Below are positions 45,328 through 54,700 of a DNA stretch of 64,000 nt, in pieces. The translations under genes were made by a program, and so were the position numbers. Numbering within the stretch: position 1 is the first letter of the stretch; the number at the start of each line of letters is the position of its first letter. The stretch is from Bacteroidales bacterium (GTDB lineage Bacteria > Bacteroidota > Bacteroidia > Bacteroidales > FEN-979): positions 4,242 through 68,241 of the forward strand of contig JALNZC010000018.1 in NCBI GenBank assembly GCA_023229525.1. The letters run 5' to 3'. Under the pieces are notes generated by a model. It had not been told where the DNA came from and did no database searches. It saw only the letters and a program-made list of their open reading frames with translations.

Positions 45328-45434
45328 TCTGCATCCTGCATCTTATATCCTGTATCCTGCATCTTGTATCCTGTATCCTGCATCCCGCATCCTGCATCCC
45401 GCATCCTGCATCCCGCATCCTGCTTCCTGCATCA
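45328..45434 (-). repeat. family A heptamer array in inverted orientation (plus strand reads atcctgc/atcttgt/atcccgc units)
   Basis: ctgcatcctgcatcttatatcctgtatcctgcatcttgtatcctgtatcctgcatcccgcatcctgcatcccgc... Lies in the divergent spacer between the radical SAM gene and pdxB. Confidence 0.9.
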
Positions 45435-45463
45435 CAGATCATACGTTTTTCCAAAAATTCAAC

Positions 45464-45471
45464 TACATTTG
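45464..45471 (+). promoter_or_regulatory. candidate -7 promoter box (TAnnTTTG) for pdxB
   Basis: tacatttg lies 30 nt upstream of the ATG at 45501. Motif match only. Confidence 0.4.
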
Positions 45472-45500
45472 TTCATTGATCGTGTTTTCTGAGGCTCCTT

Positions 45501-46634
45501 ATGTTTCCTCGTATTATTGCCGATGATAAAATTCCATTTCTGAAAGGCGTTCTGGAACCCTTTGCCGAAATCCATTATCTGCCGGCAACTGCCATAACCC
45601 ATGCCGTTTTATCTGCTGCCGACGCTTTACTTATCCGCACACGGACGATTTGCAATGAAATGCTTCTTCGGGATACGCCCGTACAATTCATCGGTACAGC
45701 TACCATTGGGTTTGATCATATCGACACCAATTACTGCGATTCCCGGAAGATCCGTTGGGTCAACGCTCCCGGATGCAATGCCTCTTCCGTTCAGCAATAT
45801 ATTGCTTCGGCTTTGTTCACTCTGGCAAAGCGCGAAGGATTCCACCTGAGAGATAAAACGCTCGGCATTATCGGGGTTGGACATGTGGGATCAAAAGTGG
45901 AAAAATTGGCTCACAACCTGGGAATGCAGGTATTGTTAAATGATCCGCCACTGGAACGGCAGAAAGGACCGGAAAAATTTGTAACGCTTTCAACCCTGCT
46001 TAGGGAATCAGATATCGTTACTTTGCATGTTCCCCTCAACGTCCATGATCCGGATAAAACTTACCATCTGATCGGACCGGAATCGATTGGGAAAATGAAA
46101 GCCCGGTCATGGCTGATCAATTCTTCCCGAGGAGAAGTGGTTGATCAGGAAGCGCTATCTGTGGCGCTGCAGGAGAAGAAACTGGCCGGCGCTGTGCTGG
46201 ATGTCTGGGAAAATGAACCGCAAGTGAGTTCCGGTCTGATATCGCAAATCTCTATTGCGACACCCCATATTGCAGGATATTCTGCCGACGGAAAAGCCAA
46301 CGGAACTGCAATGGTGGTTCAGGCATTGGCTCATCACTTCGACCTGCCTTTAAAAAACTGGTTTCCCTTGAATATACCTGTGCCACCGGAACCGCTTATC
46401 CTGATCGATGGAAATGGAAAAACCACGGAAGAAATTGCAGCAGAAGCGGTTCTGAAAACATACGACATTCTGAAGGATGATACCCGTTTCCGGATTAATC
46501 CGGCCGGATTTGAACAGCAGCGCTGGGCTTACCCCTTAAGAAGGGAATTCCCGGCATACCAGGTAAAAGTGTCAAATGGCCATGCTGAGGCAGTTGAAAT
46601 TCTCAGAAATCTTGGATTTCAGGTGATGCTGTGA
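45501..46634 (+). CDS. pdxB: 4-phosphoerythronate dehydrogenase
   Basis: 377 aa. N-terminus IIADDKIPFLKGVLEPF, NAD-binding GIIGVGHVGSKV, D-2-hydroxyacid dehydrogenase core, and a PdxB-type C-terminal extension. Confidence 0.85.
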   Translation: MFPRIIADDKIPFLKGVLEPFAEIHYLPATAITHAVLSAADALLIRTRTICNEMLLRDTPVQFIGTATIGFDHIDTNYCDSRKIRWVNAPGCNASSVQQYIASALFTLAKREGFHLRDKTLGIIGVGHVGSKVEKLAHNLGMQVLLNDPPLERQKGPEKFVTLSTLLRESDIVTLHVPLNVHDPDKTYHLIGPESIGKMKARSWLINSSRGEVVDQEALSVALQEKKLAGAVLDVWENEPQVSSGLISQISIATPHIAGYSADGKANGTAMVVQALAHHFDLPLKNWFPLNIPVPPEPLILIDGNGKTTEEIAAEAVLKTYDILKDDTRFRINPAGFEQQRWAYPLRREFPAYQVKVSNGHAEAVEILRNLGFQVML

Positions 46635-46703
46635 GATGGTGAGATGGTGAGATGGTGAGGTGGTGAAATGGTGAAATGGTGAGATGGTGAAATGGTGAAA
46701 TGG
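46631..46703 (+). repeat. family E octamer array (gagatggt/gaaatggt, ~9 units)
   Basis: The pdxB TGA stop (46632-46634) is itself part of the first unit (gtgagatggtgagatgg...). Confidence 0.9.
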
Positions 46704-46815
46704 AATATTTTTTTTTCGCAGGAGAAAAGGATTTTCTGTGAATCTTTTATATCTTTAGAAACCATTTGAAAATGATCCGATTATCTTCCGGAACCATCAC
46801 CTAAAAATAAATACT

Positions 46816-47817
46816 ATGAAAAAGTTAGTTTTACTTTCAGCACTGATGCTTGTCAGCATTCTTTGTTTTTTATCCACCACGGTTAATGCCAAAATCTGGA
46901 GGGTAAACAACCGCACCGGTATGGCAGCCGATTTCATTACCGCTCAGTCCGCGCACAATGGGGCGACTGCTGGTGATACGTTATATTTCGAACCTTCCGC
47001 AGTATTATACGGGGACCTGACCTGTACCAAAAAACTGATCCTTGTCGGACCCGGTTATTTCCTGTGCGAAAATCCCGAAACCCAGGCACTCACAACTTCT
47101 GCATCGTTGGGATCAGTGATTTTTACCAGTTCCGGGGGGCCTGCCAGTGAAAATTCAAAGATCATGGGATTGGATCTCGTATCCGTAACCATTGAGGTTT
47201 CAAACATTGTGGTTGAGCGGAATTTGATCCATAACGATGTAGTCGTTAATGCAGGCGTTGTAAGCAACATTCTTGTCTGCCAGAATTATATCGGCGGTTC
47301 GGTATTTACCCAAGCCACCACAGCGCCACCTTGTACCGTAAACAATTTTATGGTTAAAAATAATATGATCACTTACCTTTATTCTTTCCCGGAAAGTTAT
47401 TTTACCATCGAAAATAATATTATATGGAATGGTTTTATTAACGTTCAGAATGCAACTATCCAGAACAACATCCTGATCTATGGGACATTCTATCCCAATA
47501 ATAACTCATACAGCTATAATATCGCCACTGATAATGCATTCGGAAATCAGAACGGCAACCAGGAATTTATTGACCCGGATAACATGTTTAATTGTTACTC
47601 AAGTTGTCTGGAATTTTCATCCGATGGAAGGTGGATGTTAAAACCGGGCTCGCCTGCTATCGGAACCGGTGCAGGGGGAACCGACTGCGGTATTTTCGGC
47701 GGGGCCAACCCTTATGTTCTTTCGGGCTTACCAGCTATTCCGGCTATTTACTATTTTTCACATTCCAACACCAACAGCCAGATCAACGTCAATCTGAAAG
47801 TAAAGTCCCATAATTAA
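46816..47817 (+). CDS. secreted hypothetical protein, probably beta-helix-like
   Basis: 333 aa. Signal peptide MKKLVLLSALMLVSILCFLSTTVNA, N/I/V-rich repetitive strands, no T9SS C-terminal domain. It sits 32 nt upstream of the next gene. Confidence 0.55.
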   Translation: MKKLVLLSALMLVSILCFLSTTVNAKIWRVNNRTGMAADFITAQSAHNGATAGDTLYFEPSAVLYGDLTCTKKLILVGPGYFLCENPETQALTTSASLGSVIFTSSGGPASENSKIMGLDLVSVTIEVSNIVVERNLIHNDVVVNAGVVSNILVCQNYIGGSVFTQATTAPPCTVNNFMVKNNMITYLYSFPESYFTIENNIIWNGFINVQNATIQNNILIYGTFYPNNNSYSYNIATDNAFGNQNGNQEFIDPDNMFNCYSSCLEFSSDGRWMLKPGSPAIGTGAGGTDCGIFGGANPYVLSGLPAIPAIYYFSHSNTNSQINVNLKVKSHN

Positions 47818-47849
47818 CCGTTCGTTTTGAACCTGTAAAACCTAAAATT

Positions 47850-49190
47850 ATGGAAACTTTTACTCAAGATTGTCTGAAAAAACCAGGTCCCGGTATTTTC
47901 AAACGTGTTCTCTTTGCCACCGTGATGTGCTTGTTCCTCAGTCTGACAGGATTATCCCAGAACATAACGAAGGTGGAGTATTTCATAGATACCGATCCTG
48001 GCCAGGGATTGGCGGTCAACGTGCCTGTTACTCCTGCCCCCGACATCAGTGACCTGAATTTTACCATCAACATTGGCTCCTTGTCTGTTGGATTTCACAA
48101 CCTGTTCATCCGTTCAAAGGATGCCAACAGTATATGGAGTATGAATTATATACGTTCGTTTTATAAAGAATTCATGAATGACCCCCTGCCGAATATCACG
48201 AAAATGGAATTCTTTTTTGATACCGACCCTGGATTTGGCCATGCAACAAATATCCCCGTCACTCCCGGAACCAACCTGATAAACCTCTCTTTTATCATCG
48301 ATATTTCCCAAGCTGGGGCAGGATTTCATAACCTGTTTATAAGGGGTAAGGATGGATACGGCAAATGGGGAATGATCGCCATCCGGCCGTTTTATAAAGA
48401 GCCATCCGGCGCTGTCTTGCCCAATATCACCCGGGTGGAATATTTTATCGGTACAGATCCCGGAATGGGTAAGGGAACAAGTGTCTCTTTTACCCCGGGG
48501 ACAAACCTCACCAACCTGGCATTCCCTGTTGAATCCAGCGGTTTGCCCGATGGAACCTATAACTTATTTGTCAGGTCGAAAGATGCCATTGGCAAGTGGG
48601 GCCTCACAAATGCAGATACCATCAATATAAATAATCATGTGACATTACCCGATACGGCAAAGCTTCTGAATGTTACTGTTCCCAACGGTATCCCCGAATG
48701 TTATGATGCCACCCATACCATTATTCTGGGAGGTAACGGAACTACTTTTGTCATCCAGTATGGCGGTGATGCCACACTGATAGCCGGTTATAATATTCTC
48801 TTCAGACCGGGCGCCAGGATTTATCCCGGAGGTTATCTCCATGGTTATATAACGACCAACAGTCAATATTGCAACATGGTTCAAAACTCAATGGTCACAG
48901 CATTAAATGACCAGACGGATAAAGTGACAGGAATACAAACTGATGATCTCTTTTCAGTCTATCCTAATCCCACTCCGGGAAAATTCAGGCTGGAGCTGAA
49001 CGCAAAAGTCATCACTTCAAAAACCTTCTTGCGGATTTATGATATGATGGGAGCAACGATCCTGAAAGAAGAGTTGACAGGTATTCCCGAAAAGGAATAT
49101 TCAATGGAAAACAGACCGGCTGGAGTATATATGATCAGTATAATGTCCGGGGACAAAATCCAGATTGCAAAGATCATCAGGGTGCAATGA
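47850..49190 (+). CDS. T9SS-sorted surface protein with three ~75-aa tandem domains
   Basis: Three repeats (aa 38-112, 115-190, 192-262) share NITKVEYFIDTDPG...GFHNLFIRSKD...W. A 58-aa Cys-to-Cys module follows (aa 284-341), then the C-terminal sorting domain (FSVYPNPTPGKFRL...GVYMISI). Confidence 0.75.
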   Translation: METFTQDCLKKPGPGIFKRVLFATVMCLFLSLTGLSQNITKVEYFIDTDPGQGLAVNVPVTPAPDISDLNFTINIGSLSVGFHNLFIRSKDANSIWSMNYIRSFYKEFMNDPLPNITKMEFFFDTDPGFGHATNIPVTPGTNLINLSFIIDISQAGAGFHNLFIRGKDGYGKWGMIAIRPFYKEPSGAVLPNITRVEYFIGTDPGMGKGTSVSFTPGTNLTNLAFPVESSGLPDGTYNLFVRSKDAIGKWGLTNADTININNHVTLPDTAKLLNVTVPNGIPECYDATHTIILGGNGTTFVIQYGGDATLIAGYNILFRPGARIYPGGYLHGYITTNSQYCNMVQNSMVTALNDQTDKVTGIQTDDLFSVYPNPTPGKFRLELNAKVITSKTFLRIYDMMGATILKEELTGIPEKEYSMENRPAGVYMISIMSGDKIQIAKIIRVQ

Positions 49191-49220
49191 TCCGAACCAG
49201 GATTTTATTTTTATCGTCGT

Positions 49221-51500
49221 TTAATTCCGGATGATCCTGATGGTCATCGACCGGTCGTTCGACAAGAGATGGATGAAATAAATGCCGGATGGCAGTCCTG
49301 TCAGCGTATATTGGCGATGTGTTATACCCCTTAGCAGATCTTCAGTTATAATTTTTCCAGTCATATTGTAAATCGTTACAATGACCGGAACATCCTTGTC
49401 TATAGGATCTAATTCCAGAGTGAAGTTATCCTCCGTGGGATTTGGGTATACCCTGATCGTAAGTTTGTTTGCCGCTTCAGGGATCAACTCCGCTTCTTTG
49501 GTAAAAGTATTGACCATGGACGGACTTTTGTCCCCACAATAATCGGCGGTAGTGGTTATCCGGGCCGACAAATGCCCTCCCTGTTGAACTACCGATCCAT
49601 CAAGGAAAAGGATATTTTCTCCGGCGATCAGGATAGCATCGCCTCCATCCTCCACAATGAAACCTGTTCCGTTACCTGCTGCAATTATGGTTTGCGTGGC
49701 ATTGAAACATTTGACTTCTCCCACAGCCAAAGTGTCGGTAATTGTCAGTTGAGCAGGAATTGAATCAGTAACGATGATGTTGAAATCCGGTGAAGGAACG
49801 CCATTTCCACATTGATTGATCCCCTTGACCCGGATGATACCGGATTGGGACGAAGAAGAAAAACTGACCTGAATGCTGTTCGTGCTGTCACCGGAGTTGA
49901 TGGTCGCTCCCACCGGAAGTTCCCAGATATAATAAATGGTGTTTCCGATGACAGACACATTGTACGATACACCGGATTGACCGCGGATGACCGTATCAGG
50001 ACCCGAAATCGTGCCGGCAGCATCCGGAAACATGATTTCGGTAATAACGGCGCTGTTATTCATAGTTACCAAACCATAAGGGCCGACGGCTTCAACGGTA
50101 TACGTTCCTGCTGGGCAATTCAGCCAATGAATGGCAATACCGGTACCCGGGACTGCATCGCCAACATTTCCGCCATCCTTTTTCAATTGGTAGGAAACGC
50201 CGGTTTGAGAACCACCCAGGGTGACCGTCAATCCCGGTTCTCCCATGCAATACGTTCCGGTTCCCGTTACATCATAGGAAACCGGGGTTGTGGCAATACT
50301 GGCTTGTGGAACAGATCCTGTGATCTTGAAATTGATCAAAATCCCTGTGTTGGTATAGGGAAATATCTTGAAATAATAGTTTGTGTTGGTTGTTAATCCA
50401 GAAAAGGTAAACCATTGTGTCCCTGCTGCTATGTTTTTATCCAAGTTTCCGTCAGACACGGGTATTCCGTCTACGGGGGTGATGATGGCAGCAAAACCGG
50501 TCGTACTTCCGCGGATCAGGTACCCGTCGGGGATGACTACTCCGGTGGCATCTGTCCAGGTAAGTGTCAGGGCGCTCCATGATGGGGATCCGGTAGTGAC
50601 GGAGAAGGCAGCAGGATAATTGGTCGGCTCACCTTTTACGGTCTCAGGCGCCCACACGGCGACGGCATATTCCGGGTGATCGATATAAGGATTCCGGTTA
50701 TTCTGAATGGCATAAACGGCGTTGTTCCGGGCGATTTCCTTGGCCGATACCGGGTCCGCTGCACTCCAGGCCAGCAGCATGTTGACATACCAGGTTTTAA
50801 AGGCAGGGTAAGCATTTCCGCTAAGAATTGCAGCCGCATTCGGGTCGTTTGATGGCCATCCGGCAATCAGGTTTTCATAGCGGGTAGCCATGTATAAATA
50901 GTTACGGGCAAAATCACCTTTGAAATCATCTCGCGGTTCAAATACAGTTCCGGTATATCCTTGCCAGCTGCAAGGCCCTACCTTACTCCCGTTCAGGGAA
51001 GTCCAGGTGGGTGATGAAACCGTTCCGAAGGGATAATTGCTGCGGTTCCCGTTCACATATCCATCGGTTGGACAGAGGTGAAACAGGTCGGTATACATAG
51101 GTGAAACCGTTCCCCCAAACCAGCTCTTGGGCCAGGAATGCTCCCGGTTGTAACAATCGCCTTCACCGCCGTAATTTCCGCACTGATCGGCAACGAAAGT
51201 GAATTCGTAAGGCGGGGTACCGTTTGGAATATCGGAATACATATCCCATACTTTGCCGTCTGACTTTTTATCAGTGGTCTGAAATGCGGTCCAGAGATAA
51301 TCGTACGATTTCGCCGTATGGCCCTTGATGATGTTATATAATGCTGTTTTGAGGGTTGCCCCGGTCTTTCCTGCAGCGGTGTTATAATATCCGGATGGTT
51401 GGGTGAGTCCTGCAGTTGAAAACCAGGCCAGGAAAAGTATACAAAAAAAGCCGCTGAAAAGAGGCTTGATGGGTTGAAAGAAACGTGCAGATTTAGTCAA
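49221..51500 (-). CDS. extracellular endonuclease I-family nuclease with Fn3-like and Ig/PKD-like domains and a T9SS sorting domain
   Basis: 759 aa. Endonuclease-I-type blocks YNREHSWPKSWFGG, MYTDLFHLCPTD, VFEPRDDFKGDFAR, NRNPYIDHPE. Cys-to-Cys module at aa 598-655, and C-terminal IRVYPNPTEDNFTL...GIYFIHL. The only available start is TTG at 51500. Confidence 0.85.
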   Translation of the reverse strand: MTKSARFFQPIKPLFSGFFCILFLAWFSTAGLTQPSGYYNTAAGKTGATLKTALYNIIKGHTAKSYDYLWTAFQTTDKKSDGKVWDMYSDIPNGTPPYEFTFVADQCGNYGGEGDCYNREHSWPKSWFGGTVSPMYTDLFHLCPTDGYVNGNRSNYPFGTVSSPTWTSLNGSKVGPCSWQGYTGTVFEPRDDFKGDFARNYLYMATRYENLIAGWPSNDPNAAAILSGNAYPAFKTWYVNMLLAWSAADPVSAKEIARNNAVYAIQNNRNPYIDHPEYAVAVWAPETVKGEPTNYPAAFSVTTGSPSWSALTLTWTDATGVVIPDGYLIRGSTTGFAAIITPVDGIPVSDGNLDKNIAAGTQWFTFSGLTTNTNYYFKIFPYTNTGILINFKITGSVPQASIATTPVSYDVTGTGTYCMGEPGLTVTLGGSQTGVSYQLKKDGGNVGDAVPGTGIAIHWLNCPAGTYTVEAVGPYGLVTMNNSAVITEIMFPDAAGTISGPDTVIRGQSGVSYNVSVIGNTIYYIWELPVGATINSGDSTNSIQVSFSSSSQSGIIRVKGINQCGNGVPSPDFNIIVTDSIPAQLTITDTLAVGEVKCFNATQTIIAAGNGTGFIVEDGGDAILIAGENILFLDGSVVQQGGHLSARITTTADYCGDKSPSMVNTFTKEAELIPEAANKLTIRVYPNPTEDNFTLELDPIDKDVPVIVTIYNMTGKIITEDLLRGITHRQYTLTGLPSGIYFIHLLSNDRSMTIRIIRN

Positions 51501-51537
51501 CAGATGTGATCATTAATAATCGGGCAAAGATAAGAAA

Positions 51538-51708
51538 AGATGGTGAGATGGCGAAATGGTGAGATGGTGAGATGGTGAGATGGTGAGATGGTGAGCTCGT
51601 GAGCTCGTGAGTTGGTGAACTGGTGAGCTACCGAGTTTGCGTGTTAAAAAAACTTTTAACTCGCCAGTTCACCAGTTCACCATTTCGCCATCTCAAAATC
51701 TCGCCAAC
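51538..51708. repeat. family E octamer array followed by an inverted partial array, forming a long imperfect hairpin
   Basis: Forward units run 51538-51630 (gagatggt, gagctcgt, gaactggt variants). The inverted units (ccagttcaccagttcaccatttcgccatctc) run 51661-51708. Hand pairing: 51601-51637 with 51658-51694, including 17 contiguous pairs, and loop 51638-51657. Confidence 0.85.
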
Positions 51709-54700
51709 TTAGTTTTTTTGGATTTTGCAGGTAGTTGAGGTGGTGCCGGTATTAACATGGATGATATACATTCCTGTGGGTTGATTTTCCAGTGAAAACT
51801 GATGGATTGCTTTACCGTTGAACAATTGTTGCAGGATTGTTTTGCCGGTCATATTGTAAATTGTAAGCTGGATTTCGGATTGAAATTCCTGATGGCTGGT
51901 AATCAGGTTACAGATACCGGAGGTGGGATTGGGATAGACTTTTATGACGGGTTCGTTTGATAAAATCGAAGGATCCGATAAAACCGGTTTGTTATTCAAA
52001 GGATTTGATACTACAGGCGAAAGGGGATTACTGCAGAAGTTTCCCGATTCCGTGATATAACCATGAAAATATCCTCCTGAATTCACAAGGACTCCGGGAA
52101 GTAATGAAATTATATTTCCGGCGATCATTGTGACGAAACCACCACTGTCCACCACAAAGAGGTTGCCATTCCCTGCCACCATCAGGTTCTGTGTGGCATC
52201 ATAACAGGTGTTCTCCCCGTTTATGACGTTAATATTCGCTAGCTCCTGATTTTGGGGCGGCGTGTCGCTTTTTAATCCCGTGAACGATCCGAAGCCCGTG
52301 ATCCCTCCGGTAAAAAGCTGGTGGGCCGTTGTATTGGTCAAACCATAGGTTACCCAGGGTTCCGGGCTGACCCGCGTACCAGAGATCAGGTATTCCGAGC
52401 CGGTTACATCAACCGGAACATAATGAAAGGTGGCATTGCAGTTGAATCCTGAAATTCCTGTCCCGGATATCGTCCAATAACGGTTAAGATAATTGCCTGT
52501 GATGCCCGGATCGGGATATTTTTCATTGATCACAGATACTCCGGCAAAGTTTCCCGGAGCAAAAGTACCCTGGGTAAAATTCAGTGTCACGGGTGAATAT
52601 TCCGCGTTTCCGGTGGTATCTCCTACCGGGAAAATAAAACTCCCGGTAAAGCCGGGTGGAAATTCCTTTAAAAGCTGCTCCGAACCGGAAATGACAACCA
52701 TTGCATCGGCTGATGGTGCTCCATCGATGGTGGCAACCGGCCCCATGAAAAAACTATTTCCGTTGAGTTGTATTCTTCCGTGGATCAATGACAGTGTTCC
52801 TTCCACCCGGGTATTCCCGGTAAACGAAACACCGGATTCACTATTTACTGTGAGATGATGAAAAGTATTTTGCCCGGAGATATGCTGGCGGATAATCCCG
52901 TTAAGGTCGATTGTTCCTGTACCAAAGGAAACTTGTGTACTGTTTTCGTTGATCAGATCTTTGCTCACGATCACCGTTCCGATATTATTGAATGTCCCAC
53001 CGTTCCTGATGGTCAGACATTCCGGCCCGTCCATGGTAGCAGTTCCTGAAACCGTAAGAATACTTCCGGTATCCACAGTGAAAACGCTACCTGCCCTAAT
53101 ATCAAGCGCCGGCAGATAAATGTTATAATTCCCGCTATTGAAAGAAGTGCCGGTCACACCATTCCCAAGGATCACTTTCGAACCTGTCCCCGGTACCGAC
53201 CAGTTGTTTCCGAGGGTAGCCGTCGACCGGTTCTGAATCGTAAAAACCTGGTTGATAAAGTTAAATGCTGCCGGGTTTGTGCCTGATCCATCGGCCGACG
53301 CGCCCCAGTTTAACAGGTTATCCAGGTTGCCGGTTGGTTTTGAAAAATAGTTAAATCCATGATACCCTAGCCTTTCCGGCGTTCCGGTGGCAGCAGTATC
53401 CACAGCAATATTGGTGAGTTGGATCCAATCGCTCATGGCCCATACAGTGGATCCCGAGGAAATGTTGTTCCTTCTGTACAACGACATATCTGCGATGTTG
53501 TACGAGGTAGTAAGGTTGTCTATCACTTCTCCGACCACATCTGTCCTGGCATCCCATGCAATTGGGGCAACCGTACTTGGAGAAGTGGATAAAAAGATAG
53601 CATCATAAGCCCCGTTAAAGGTGAGGTTTCCGTTTGTATAGTCCGCTACTGCATAGACCGGAATTACAGCCGATGTATTCCTGGCCAGCCGTGAACTCCC
53701 GCTTGTAAAGATGCCCGTGTTCAACAAAGCACACAGGTTGGGGTTGGTGATGGTTACATCTTTAGGGCCAGATCCGGCGATTTGTAACAGGTAAACCGGA
53801 TGTGCGGCCAGGTCGACATCGGGTCCCAAGTTGGTGATCTCGATCCACTTGTTGTAACTTGTTCCTTCATAATACTGGGAAATGATGATATCGCCCGATC
53901 CAGTGCCTGATGAGGTTGTCGCGCTGGTTGTTGGTACAGTTCCATCGGTTTTATAGGCTATTGCTGATCCTGAATTGGTGTAGGAAAATATTTTGAAATA
54001 ATAAGTAGTTGACGAAGATAGTCCGGTGAGGATGCAGGACTGGACTCCGGCTGCCACATTCAGGTTCAATCCTCCGTCGCTCACGGGAGTCCCGTTCACC
54101 GGGAATTCAATGGCATCGAAACCGGTGGCGCTTCCACGGATAAGGTATCCATCGGGAAGAATGGCGCCGGTGGCATCGGTCCAGGTAAGGGTAACGGCGC
54201 TGTAAGCAGGAGGACCGGCAACGGAAGAAAAAGATGTGGCATGGTTGGTCGGTTCGGGTTTGATGGGCGCCGACGACCAGATTGCGGCTACATATTCGGG
54301 ATGGTCGATAAAGGGGTTGCGGTTATGCTGGATGTTATAGATCACGTTGTTGCGGTCGATCTCCTTTTGCGAAACCGGATCGGCCTGGTGCCACTGGATC
54401 ATCATCGCCAGCGCCCAAGGGTTAAGCTGTGAACCGGTTACCATATGGCTTCCCGGCCAGCCGGTATCTTCGGTATAATAACGCACCGACATATAAAAAT
54501 AACTCCGGGCGATATCGCCCTTGTATTCATCGCGGGGTTCAAAAACCGTCCCGGTATATCCCGGTGCAATGCAGGGCCCGAGTTTGCTTCCGTTCAACGA
54601 TGTCCAGTCGGGTGTACCGACAACTCCGAAAGGATTGTCGCTATGACGGTTATTCACATATTGATCCACAGGATAGATGTGAAACAGGTCGGTATACATG

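Noticed and set aside
46631-46703. Family E or C arrays as binding sites for a TRAP- or HutP-like protein that recognises GAG/UAG triplet repeats.
   Set aside because: GAG triplets are spaced 5 nt apart here. As I recall the known sites, the spacers are 2-3 nt for TRAP and 4 nt for HutP. No such regulator gene is nearby. This is pure speculation and is not reported as a finding.
51538-51630. Mini-ORFs inside the arrays, for example ATG GTG AGA TGG TGA in family E and ATG AAG GAA TGA in family C.
   Set aside because: Every unit creates an ATG and a TGA, so such 3-4-codon ORFs are an automatic by-product. There is no independent evidence of translation.
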